Assembly (NCBI GenBank): GCA_000403035.1
Contig: AQSL01000164.1
Span: 1 to 51,363 of the forward strand
DNA: 51,363 nucleotides
Origin: Candidatus Latescibacter anaerobius SCGC AAA252-E07
GTDB taxonomy: Bacteria; Latescibacterota; Latescibacteria; Latescibacterales; Latescibacteraceae
Direction of reading: 5' to 3'
In this document: positions 9,956 to 18,398 of the stretch, one piece after another
Position numbering within the stretch: the stretch's first letter is position 1
How the letters are laid out: every line of letters begins with the position of its first letter
The notes under the pieces: generated by a model
Told to the model about the DNA's origin: nothing
The model's input: the letters and a program-made list of their open reading frames with translations, nothing else
Databases searched by the model: none
Position numbers and translations under genes: made by a program

Positions 9956-10684
9956 CTATAAATTATTTTTCCCAAAATCATTTACTGGTATTTCTTCAAA
10001 TAGACCCTGTTTATCTTTTTTTACACACAACAACGGCTCTATGCATCCTCGTTTCCGCAGTAAATACCACTTAAAAAGCGGTGGATACGCCATTCCTTCT
10101 ATTTTAATATCCCATGACTGGTTGATATATCGCCAGATTAATCCAAGGGTTTCGACATCCTCACAAAAGCAAAACCATGAATCATCTGTCTTAATACCAT
10201 ATTCAGGATGTGTTTCATCAAGCCACTGCACTATCTCTGCGGACAGTATTTTATTGAATCCTATATGACGAATAAATGGATCTGGGAGATCAGTAATGAT
10301 TATTTGAACTGTTTTTGTATCTATGATCCCCGCATGCTGGTATATAATGCTTATCCAATATTCGCCGGGGGTCGCAGTTGTGTTCGGATAAACTTCGATT
10401 TCTTCGACCATTTTATCCATTGAGAGTACTGATTTATCGGGAATGAGTGTAATATTTTCATCAGTTCCAAACAAGAGATCAACATCTCCGGCGAAATCCG
10501 TATTTGGTTCCAGCGAAATAAGTACCAGCCCACCACCGGCGGGGTAGCTTTTAAACTGAAGCGGCGAAATTGAAATCTCAAAAGAACCTTTATCCTCTAT
10601 CTTTTTTGAATCGTTACCAAGTACGCAACCTATTAAAAATATTACAATCAAGAAATAGCAGATGACAGAAAAAATACTTTTCAT
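9956..10684 (-). CDS. Hypothetical lipoprotein
   Basis: Signal peptide with a lipobox-like LIGC. No recognisable domain. Confidence 0.6.
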   Translation of the reverse strand: MKSIFSVICYFLIVIFLIGCVLGNDSKKIEDKGSFEISISPLQFKSYPAGGGLVLISLEPNTDFAGDVDLLFGTDENITLIPDKSVLSMDKMVEEIEVYPNTTATPGEYWISIIYQHAGIIDTKTVQIIITDLPDPFIRHIGFNKILSAEIVQWLDETHPEYGIKTDDSWFCFCEDVETLGLIWRYINQSWDIKIEGMAYPPLFKWYLLRKRGCIEPLLCVKKDKQGLFEEIPVNDFGKNNL

Positions 10685-10759
10685 TATTTTTTCTCCTTAA
10701 ATAACTTTCCCAACTTTCATACATCAATCTCTCAAGAAAGTTAAGCACAAAAAATATTT

Positions 10760-10797
10760 CGTCAAGTCATTTCTGGGCCCCCTTTCCATACAGTATG
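10760..10797 (-). promoter_or_regulatory. 38-nt conserved upstream motif, copy 2
   Basis: Same motif as 9827-9864, about 77 nt upstream of the lipoprotein start. On the gene strand it gives TTGACG-N16-TAACTT. Confidence 0.4.
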
Positions 10798-10953
10798 AAC
10801 ATGATTTCAATTAAGACAGTACAATATGTATATTAAAGGTTCTTTTGTATACATATATATGACAAATATACTGCTGCTTATTTGTCAAGTTTTTTTTTAA
10901 ATTTTTTCTTTTTTTATCTGCGACGATTGTATATTATTGTATTGACAGATGTT

Positions 10954-10983
10954 TTGACAAAACATAACAGGCCCTCATATAAA
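10954..10983 (+). promoter_or_regulatory. Candidate sigma70-type promoter for the lyase gene
   Basis: TTGACA (10954-10959), an 18-nt spacer, then TATAAA (10978-10983), 35 nt upstream of ATG 11018. A second TTGACA sits at 10943. Confidence 0.3.
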
Positions 10984-11017
10984 AACCGGCCAATCATAAT
11001 TTAAACATGGAAAAAAA

Positions 11018-14000
11018 ATGAAATCGCAAACAATTGTTCCTGTGGTACTATTTGCGTTAAAGTGTTTAACCGGAACACCCTCTGGTGCGGAAACCGTTCT
11101 CGAACCGTTCACGTACAGCCAGAATTTCGAAACCCGCGAGCTTTCGGCATGGGCATCCTACCCTATCTGGCAGGATGCCGCATACGATGAAAAGATGCGT
11201 GTTAACACCATTGTTCCGGGCGACCCGAATATTTCCCTGGAACAGATGGTTATTCCCTATTCGAATGTGGATAACTATGCGGGCGCACAGAAAAAACTGG
11301 ATATGTACCTTGTTCCCGGATCGACCATCTCTCTCAGATATTACCTGAAAACACAGTTGCACGTTGCATTTTTCAAGGTGCGCCTTGCAGCCGGACCTGA
11401 TGGAAAAGTTGATTATACCGTGCCGGGTCCCCCGACAAACAGATGGGTATGGCTTACGGTACAGTACACCGATTTCATCAGGGAAAATCCCCGTCTCAAG
11501 GGCAAAAACATAAAGGTGAACGCCCTTGCGGTACTGGCAAAATTCCCGGATGCCGATCCTTCCATGTGTCTCTACCTCGGTCTCGATGATATTGTTTTCG
11601 ATGGCGCACGGGCAATGCATTTCCAGTTTTACGAGCCGGAAATGTACAAGCTTTCAGAATGGAAACCCTATATTCCGAACATACATTATCAAAAGAATGA
11701 TTCGTTCACGCTCTCCGGGCAATGGCCTCTGAACGCCGACAACGTTTCCCTTGAAATCGCATATTTTACCGATCCATCGAAAACTGTTTTCAAAAGCAAC
11801 CTGAAGAAGAAAAATGACACCTGGTCTTTGAATAAACTCACACTTGCTTTCCCGGAAGGGCTTTACCATGGGACCCTCACCGCATATAAAAGCAAAAAGA
11901 AACTGTCGGATACCGGGTTTACCCTCTACATCGCCCCCAAACATATCGGAGGCAATCATCCCCGCCTCTGGTTCGACAGCAGCGGTGAAAAAAGAATTAA
12001 AAGCCGCCTCTCCGATGAACGGTTCAGGGAGGTAAAAGACCATATTCTGTCGAACGCAGAAAAATCAAGAAAAGACTATCCGGTTGAGGATATTGTGTAC
12101 GATATCGACCAGTTCCCGGAAGAGGAATGGATACCGACACTGACTCCATGGTTTAACCGTATCAGGGGTTGGGGCGGGAGTATCTACAACAATGCTCTCG
12201 CTTATAAGCTTTTGGATGATACAGAAGCAGGCATCTATGCGAAAGACATATTCCTGAAAATATGCACATTCCCGACATGGCTTCATCCCTGGATGCATAA
12301 ACGCGGCAGGCACATCTACTATCCGATAGGCGAATTGGGCATGGAACTCGCCATAGGATATGACCTGCTCTATAGTCTTTTCGATGAAAACGAGCATACT
12401 GTTCTACAAAACGCACTGATGAAACAGATTATTCAGGGTGCCCATAAAGGGTATGTCGAAGATGACCTTGTCACCTGCAACACATCGAACTGGGTTGCCC
12501 ATATCACCGGCGGCTCGCTTATGTGCCAGGGAGTACTGTACGGCGATAAACATGATTTCGGATGTATGGAGCCGTATTTTACCGGAATAATACTCAAGAA
12601 CTATGATTTGATTCAGAAGGTTATCGACAGTGACGGCGCATACGGGGAAGGATATGGCTACTATAATTTTTCGATGCTCTCCTGGTCAAAAAGTCTGCCG
12701 GCGGTCGAACATGTTTTTAACGTTGATTTATCCGGCAAAATTGATAAATCCTATCGTGAATTACTATGGGCTGGAGTAGTCAAAGAGAAAAATTACTTTT
12801 ATTTCGGCGACACAGGCGGAAATTTAGGACCGCTGACCAACTGGGCATGGCTGCTTGACAAATACAAAGACCCGCGCCTGGGATGGTTGTACAATCATCT
12901 CAAGAACGGAGAAACCTTCATGGATGTGCTCTATGAAACCAGAGATGTGCCGAAACAGGATCCTTTCGATGAAAAACCGGTCACGTTTTTCAGAAATATC
13001 GGTACAACCGTTTTCAAAAGCGGGTGGGACAGTGATGATTTCGTGTTCGTTATGCGGACAGGACCGTTCATAAATCACCAGCACCTTGACCAGGGTTCGT
13101 TCTGGTTGCGAGACAGGGGCAGCACATTCATCGAAGAGCGCCACGGCTCGACCTATTACATGCAGAAACTGTATCAGTCCCATTACATACAGCCGATAGC
13201 TCACTCGACTATCTTACTCGATAACAATTATCAGAGCCAGCGCACGGGTGACCCGCTTGTGTTTGCCCAAGGATTTGAGGATTATGCGTTTCTTGAACAG
13301 TTTCTCGATGGTGAAAACGCCGCATTCAGTTCCGGAAACATCGGAAGACTGTACTGGGGAAACGTAAAGGAAATGACGCGCAACGTGCTCTACCTGAAAC
13401 CGCGAACTCTCCTGATGGTGGATGTGATAATCCCGGCAGACCGTGATGTTGAAGCGAAGCTCCTCTATCAGACACACTATCTCAATGACATAACTGCATG
13501 TGACACTCTTTCAACCATTCAAAAGGACGGAAACATACTGCATATACTGCATGTTTATCCGGAACATATCGATGTAAAAGCCGAGGAAATGCCCCATTTT
13601 TATTATACACTCCTGAACGAAAAACAACTGAAGAAAGAAGGATTTTTAAGCGTTTCCGCAAAAACAACCGGCAATCCGCTTGTTATGGCGAATATCTTAA
13701 CGACCGTCACCGGTGAAAAGCCAGCTCTTTCCGCGGATACACATGACGGTTTTGTGAAGGGTGCTATCAACGGCAAACCGTATGTTTTTTCTACAAAACC
13801 CGGATTTGTGTACGATGCCGGTGATTGTATTACTGATGCACTTGCTGTTACATGGGATGGATCAAGGTTTTTTGCCGCAAAATGTACATCGTTTGAAAAA
13901 CCCGGCTCATTTTCTCTATATTCAAATAAAGCAATTACCTGCGAAATATCGAGGAATCAAATACATTACTATCATAGCGAAGAAGATGAAGTAGTATTCA

Positions 14001-14065
14001 TTGATGACAGAGGGAAAAAATATACCCGTACTTTACCAGCCGGTGAAGGAACGGAAACATTTTAA
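11018..14065 (+). CDS. Heparinase II/III-like polysaccharide lyase family protein (large, secreted)
   Basis: Signal peptide and an N-terminal region of about 300 aa with no assignable domain. HPRLWF, an alginate-lyase-like helical region and the INHQHLDQGSFWL motif are typical of the heparinase II/III C-terminal domain. Confidence 0.75.
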   Translation: MKSQTIVPVVLFALKCLTGTPSGAETVLEPFTYSQNFETRELSAWASYPIWQDAAYDEKMRVNTIVPGDPNISLEQMVIPYSNVDNYAGAQKKLDMYLVPGSTISLRYYLKTQLHVAFFKVRLAAGPDGKVDYTVPGPPTNRWVWLTVQYTDFIRENPRLKGKNIKVNALAVLAKFPDADPSMCLYLGLDDIVFDGARAMHFQFYEPEMYKLSEWKPYIPNIHYQKNDSFTLSGQWPLNADNVSLEIAYFTDPSKTVFKSNLKKKNDTWSLNKLTLAFPEGLYHGTLTAYKSKKKLSDTGFTLYIAPKHIGGNHPRLWFDSSGEKRIKSRLSDERFREVKDHILSNAEKSRKDYPVEDIVYDIDQFPEEEWIPTLTPWFNRIRGWGGSIYNNALAYKLLDDTEAGIYAKDIFLKICTFPTWLHPWMHKRGRHIYYPIGELGMELAIGYDLLYSLFDENEHTVLQNALMKQIIQGAHKGYVEDDLVTCNTSNWVAHITGGSLMCQGVLYGDKHDFGCMEPYFTGIILKNYDLIQKVIDSDGAYGEGYGYYNFSMLSWSKSLPAVEHVFNVDLSGKIDKSYRELLWAGVVKEKNYFYFGDTGGNLGPLTNWAWLLDKYKDPRLGWLYNHLKNGETFMDVLYETRDVPKQDPFDEKPVTFFRNIGTTVFKSGWDSDDFVFVMRTGPFINHQHLDQGSFWLRDRGSTFIEERHGSTYYMQKLYQSHYIQPIAHSTILLDNNYQSQRTGDPLVFAQGFEDYAFLEQFLDGENAAFSSGNIGRLYWGNVKEMTRNVLYLKPRTLLMVDVIIPADRDVEAKLLYQTHYLNDITACDTLSTIQKDGNILHILHVYPEHIDVKAEEMPHFYYTLLNEKQLKKEGFLSVSAKTTGNPLVMANILTTVTGEKPALSADTHDGFVKGAINGKPYVFSTKPGFVYDAGDCITDALAVTWDGSRFFAAKCTSFEKPGSFSLYSNKAITCEISRNQIHYYHSEEDEVVFIDDRGKKYTRTLPAGEGTETF

Positions 14066-14282
14066 GAGGGCGGTAAAAAAGTATTTTCACGCGCCCCGGC
14101 TTGTAATATATGACTGTGTTGCTGTCAAGGGCAAGACAAGCCGGCCATACATAAAAATTGTTATTTATTATTGACTTACCCCTTGTAATATATTCTCTTT
14201 ATTCATGCTAATTATACTTTATTGGCCGGCCCTTGACAGCTTAAATTCTGACCCTGATAGTTTTTCACAACGCTTTTAAAAG
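14062..14282 (+). repeat. Modular intergenic repeat, copy A (long subfamily)
   Basis: TTAAGAGGGCGGTAAAAAAG..TTTTCACGCGCCCC hairpin, then GCTGTCAAGGGC...GCCGGCC, a 77-nt AT-rich insert, then GGCCGGCCCTTGACAGC. Ends with N17-GATAGT-TTTTTCAC. Its first TTAA contains the lyase stop codon. Confidence 0.85.
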
Positions 14283-14366
14283 ATATAGAATGTATCAGGA
14301 ATCCTGAATAAGAATCTCTATTATCCGTAAGCATCCTTGATTCATACTATATGAACACGCACATGC

Positions 14367-15146
14367 ATGGAACAGCCGATGTTGAAAGAGCAATTCAGTC
14401 TCAAAGACAAGAAAGGGATTATTACCGGGGCTTCACGCGGTCTCGGCAGAGGCATGGCGGAAGGACTCGCAGAAATGGGCGCCGAGCTTGTGATAGCTGC
14501 ACGTGATATGAAACAACTAAAAAAAGCTGCCCGGGAACTGCAGGTTCATGGAGTCAAAGTTGTACCGGTAAAAACCGATGTCGGGAAAGTTGATGATTTA
14601 AAACGCCTTGTTGAAACAACATGCACTGAACTGGGCGATATTGATTTCGTCTTCTGTAATGCGGGTATCATTCGACGCGGCGTTTCCCATGAACATTCAG
14701 TTGAAGATTTTGATGAGATGTACCGTGTGAATGTGCGCGGTGTTTTTGTTCTTGCGCAGCTTGCCGCCCGGGTAATGATTGAACGCAGTCATGGCGGTTC
14801 AATTGTGATAACCGATTCGGTGGTATCCTCCCATGGAAGTCTTAACGTCCCCGGTTATGTGTCCTCAAAGGGCGCCCTTAACTCGCTCATCAGAGCGCTT
14901 GCGAACGACTGGGGACCTTATAACATACGTGTCAACGGTATTGCGCCCGGTTTTTGCGAAACCAAGATGACCGAGGGTATCCGTAATAATCCCGAACGTT
15001 ATAAGTATCTTACTGCCAGAATGGCGCTCAAACGATGGGGAAAACCTGAGGATTTTGCCGGTGCAGCAGTCTATCTTGCCAGCAATGCCTCAAACTATGT
15101 AACCGGAACCACACTTCATATCGATGGAGGTTTTCTATCGATGTAA
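14367..15146 (+). CDS. SDR family oxidoreductase (KduD / gluconate-5-dehydrogenase-like)
   Basis: TGASRGLGRGMA glycine-rich motif, NAG, the YVSSK catalytic motif and a C-terminal HIDGG. Length of 259 aa. Confidence 0.85.
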   Translation: MEQPMLKEQFSLKDKKGIITGASRGLGRGMAEGLAEMGAELVIAARDMKQLKKAARELQVHGVKVVPVKTDVGKVDDLKRLVETTCTELGDIDFVFCNAGIIRRGVSHEHSVEDFDEMYRVNVRGVFVLAQLAARVMIERSHGGSIVITDSVVSSHGSLNVPGYVSSKGALNSLIRALANDWGPYNIRVNGIAPGFCETKMTEGIRNNPERYKYLTARMALKRWGKPEDFAGAAVYLASNASNYVTGTTLHIDGGFLSM

Positions 15147-15185
15147 GTTTTTTTTAGAAATGTGATAAATACAAAAACCTGTATT

Positions 15186-15337
15186 CTTAAGAGGGCGGTG
15201 AAGAAATCCTTTTTCACGCACCCTGTAATGAAATATATATCGTTTGTAGCTGTCAAGGGCATGTAAATCAAGGCTTCGCTCTGACCCTTGACAGCTTGAA
15301 TCATGAAACTGATAGTTTTTCACCAGAATTTTAAATA
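15186..15337 (+). repeat. Modular intergenic repeat, copy B (short subfamily)
   Basis: About 90 percent identical to copy C over the first 75 nt. The 11-bp arms GCTGTCAAGGG (15249-15259) and CCCTTGACAGC (15285-15295) pair. Ends with TTGACA-N17-GATAGT-TTTTTCACC. Confidence 0.85.
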
Positions 15338-15342
15338 ACGTT

Positions 15343-15373
15343 AAAAAAAAAGGGTGATTGAATGAACTCACCA
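15343..15373 (-). terminator. Possible intrinsic terminator of the symporter gene
   Basis: On the minus strand, a short GGTGA/TCACC stem is followed by a 9-nt U-tract just after the stop at 15426. The stem is weak. Confidence 0.35.
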
Positions 15374-15425
15374 TCATTTTCTTAGCCATATCGTCCGGAC
15401 ATTTCCTCCAGACCCGTTTTCATTA

Positions 15426-17186
15426 TCACACACCACGGCGGACAGTTTTTATCCACAATATAAATCCGATAACAAACATAATTCCTCCGGCCAGAACATC
15501 GAGAACCAGGGCTTTCGTGTCCCCGGAGAATTTCATCACTATTCCCAGAAATGCGAGAATGAAACCCAGAATCATCACTGCAATACCGACTGCATAAAAC
15601 GGCGACTGTCGTCCTCCCAGTGTTTTTTCAACTTTCGGTTCGGTGGGAATATCCATCTGTTTGAAGAATTCCTTTACGCGTACCTTCTCTTTTTCCGGCG
15701 ATAAAAATAAGGAGGAACCGATCCACATTCCAAGAATGGTAACGATAACATTGACGCCTATTGATAAGGAATTATACCCCTGTTTCAGCCAGTATGCAAG
15801 CGTTGCATCAACCTCCACACGATCACTATAAACACCGAGGAGAATCATATTAATAATCACGAGGCCCACACCGGAAAGCGTACCGCACAGTACTCCGGTT
15901 ATTGCGCCGCGGGAATTAAGTTTTTTAATAATCAGCCCGCCGAGAAGCGGAAGCATTACAGCCGGACCGAGCGCTCCAGTGGCTTTATTCATGATGTCAT
16001 ACAGGTTCAATCCCCTGATATAGTTTATCCCGATGGCGCAGAAAATGGTTATCAAACCGATAATTGCGGTATTAATCCGTCCCCACTTTATGAACGTCTT
16101 TTCATCGGCATCCGGTCTGATAACTTTCCCGTAAAAGTCCTTGGTCAGAACACCTGACATAACATTGTAATCGCTTCCGAGCGTGGACAATGTGGCGCTG
16201 AACATGCCTGCAACCATGAGTCCCATAATTCCCGGAGGCAGTATCTTAAGGGACAGCGCAACATAGGCGTATTTACTGCCATCCTCGGTAGCGCCCAGTT
16301 CCGGCAGTAATATTCGTGCTGCCATGGCGGGCAGGAAAAATATCACGAAACCTACCGATGAAAGTCCCACCATGGTGAGCGCAACTTTTTTGGCATCCGA
16401 TTCGGTTGCCACACAATTGTATTTCTGTACGAGCGCCCATGTTGCGTTGTAACTTATGCCAATCAGCACTGCAAACATAACCCAGTCAAACGCGCCGTAC
16501 GGAGGGGAAAGAAGACGAAAAAAACCTTCCGGGGTTTTTGCGATAAGTCCTCCGAATCCGCCTACTGCATAAATTGAAAGCGGAAACAAAATAAGAACCG
16601 CAAGACTCAGGACGGTGAATTGTATGAAATCCGTTACCAGAACTGCCCACTGCCCGCCGAGCAATGTGTAAAGTATCATTATAATACCGACAAAAACGAT
16701 GCATACTTCAAGGGTGAACCAGCTCTGTCCGATCGCCATAACCAGGAAAATAGCAGTGGAATAAACTCTCAGGGCATTATCGATAAACCTGAGCGGAATT
16801 CCGGTCCAGACGAACAACTGGTGTACAAATCTGTTATAGCGCTGTCCTATGAATCCGAGAGGTGTCATTACTCGTGCGCGCCGCCACTTCGCAGAAAAAA
16901 AGAAGGCCGCTATGAGCATAGCCGGGACTACCACCCAGCATAAAGTTACCGAAACAAAGCCATACTTATACGCAAGCTGGGGATATATTACGAATGAAAG
17001 CGCACTAAACGATGCCATCCAGAGGGAAATACCCGCAAGCCACCAGGGAACCGCTGCTCCCGCAGCGAAATAGTCTTTCGATTTTTTAATAAAACGCTTG
17101 AAGAATATACCGATAAAAATTATTACGCAGAAATAAGCAATAATTAAAGCATAATCAACCACATGCAGCGATCCAAAGTCCTGCAT
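15426..17186 (-). CDS. Sodium:solute symporter (SSS) family transporter
   Basis: 586 aa with about 13-14 TM segments. The N-terminal pattern (DY..AG...PWW..G.SL.A) is typical of SSS transporters. Confidence 0.85.
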   Translation of the reverse strand: MQDFGSLHVVDYALIIAYFCVIIFIGIFFKRFIKKSKDYFAAGAAVPWWLAGISLWMASFSALSFVIYPQLAYKYGFVSVTLCWVVVPAMLIAAFFFSAKWRRARVMTPLGFIGQRYNRFVHQLFVWTGIPLRFIDNALRVYSTAIFLVMAIGQSWFTLEVCIVFVGIIMILYTLLGGQWAVLVTDFIQFTVLSLAVLILFPLSIYAVGGFGGLIAKTPEGFFRLLSPPYGAFDWVMFAVLIGISYNATWALVQKYNCVATESDAKKVALTMVGLSSVGFVIFFLPAMAARILLPELGATEDGSKYAYVALSLKILPPGIMGLMVAGMFSATLSTLGSDYNVMSGVLTKDFYGKVIRPDADEKTFIKWGRINTAIIGLITIFCAIGINYIRGLNLYDIMNKATGALGPAVMLPLLGGLIIKKLNSRGAITGVLCGTLSGVGLVIINMILLGVYSDRVEVDATLAYWLKQGYNSLSIGVNVIVTILGMWIGSSLFLSPEKEKVRVKEFFKQMDIPTEPKVEKTLGGRQSPFYAVGIAVMILGFILAFLGIVMKFSGDTKALVLDVLAGGIMFVIGFILWIKTVRRGV

Positions 17187-17220
17187 TCATCCCCCTCTTT
17201 TTATGCATCAATCATTTTTT

Positions 17221-18252
17221 TTATAAAGGCGGCTCTGAAACTTTTACCGTGTCTCCGCTTTCAACTGAACGGTGAATTGCATCCAGGACTGCTGTCGAAC
17301 GCCATCCGTGATATGCGGTCACCTGCGGTTCCCTGTCCTGGGCAATATCATCTATGAAGCTGTTGATACATGAAGGAAACGCTCCCACCCACTTATCAAA
17401 TACCTTATAGTTGAGGAGAGTACGAGGCCATTTGAAACTTTCAGGGCTTGACATTTCGATAGCTTCGGTCTTACGGTCGAGATGAATATGCCCGTGCTCG
17501 CCGACAACTTCCATAAACGAATCGGGCATAGCCGGATGGGTATTGGGGTATATCCATGTCGATTCGAAGGTTGCAAACCCGCCTTTCGAGAACTTCACCA
17601 GACCCTGCATGGCATCATAGGTATCCCAGCCATATTTTTCCTTGAGTACGCGTTTTATTCCGAAACCTTTCACCTCAACGGGATCATCATCGAACCACCA
17701 TGTCATCAGGTCGATATCATGACCGGACAAAAACCACATCGGGGAACTGTCTTTTGCCCATGGGAGCATCTCGGTCGGGACATAAATCGGATTGTTCTTC
17801 CGTGCATAACCCATGATACAGTTCCCGATTTTTCCCTCACGTATCATATTATATGTTGCATTATAGGGTGCAAGCCAGCGGTGATTATAGGAAACCTGGA
17901 ATTTCAGTCCGGTCTCACGGACTTTTCGTACTATGTCCGCGGCTTCTTTCTCATCGGTTGTCAGAGGTTTTTCGCAATGGACATGGATACCCGCATCCAG
18001 GCAGGCCATGACCGGTTTGTAATGGAACCAGTCCGGAGTTGCGATAAACACTGCATCCGGCTTCTCGGCATCGATCATCTTTTCATAATCGGTATATGTC
18101 CTTTCAAAACCGTATTCTGCTTTCCCCTCGGCAAGTCTTTTTTCATCAAGGTCTGCAGCGGCGGTAACCTTGACCAAAGGATTTCTCGTAAGAACATTCG
18201 CAAGGTTCTTGCCCATGATTCCAAGCGCAATAATGTTAACTTTGAATTCCAT
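17221..18252 (-). CDS. Gfo/Idh/MocA family oxidoreductase
   Basis: The N-terminal Rossmann segment is IIALGIMGKN, and there is an EKPL motif. The start is taken at MEFKVNII with an AAAGGAGAAG RBS. The ORF track extends 32 codons upstream. Confidence 0.85.
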   Translation of the reverse strand: MEFKVNIIALGIMGKNLANVLTRNPLVKVTAAADLDEKRLAEGKAEYGFERTYTDYEKMIDAEKPDAVFIATPDWFHYKPVMACLDAGIHVHCEKPLTTDEKEAADIVRKVRETGLKFQVSYNHRWLAPYNATYNMIREGKIGNCIMGYARKNNPIYVPTEMLPWAKDSSPMWFLSGHDIDLMTWWFDDDPVEVKGFGIKRVLKEKYGWDTYDAMQGLVKFSKGGFATFESTWIYPNTHPAMPDSFMEVVGEHGHIHLDRKTEAIEMSSPESFKWPRTLLNYKVFDKWVGAFPSCINSFIDDIAQDREPQVTAYHGWRSTAVLDAIHRSVESGDTVKVSEPPL

Positions 18253-18398
18253 GACTTCTCCTTTACAGGTTAACTGTGTCGTGCGAAATTTTACGTAAAA
18301 TATGTAACCTGTGTTATTATTACACAACCAAAATATATTACAGATCAATTAAAATTCATGCAACATTCTTATCCTTCCGGAAAAGAATTGAATCATCA

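Noticed and set aside
14121-14240. Integron attC-like recombination sites (variable core between inverted arms at gene 3' ends)
   Set aside because: The arms do not match the RYYYAAC/GTTRRRY attC cores. No integrase or attI is present. Elements also occur upstream of genes and in both orientations.
15135-15389. Small minus-strand ORFs crossing repeat copies B and C (15135-15389, 22280-22483) with similar peptides (ALDS.KRYIFHYRVREKG..HRPLK)
   Set aside because: The similarity simply reflects the nucleotide repeat. The frame is broken by stops in copies A and D, so a conserved protein is unlikely.
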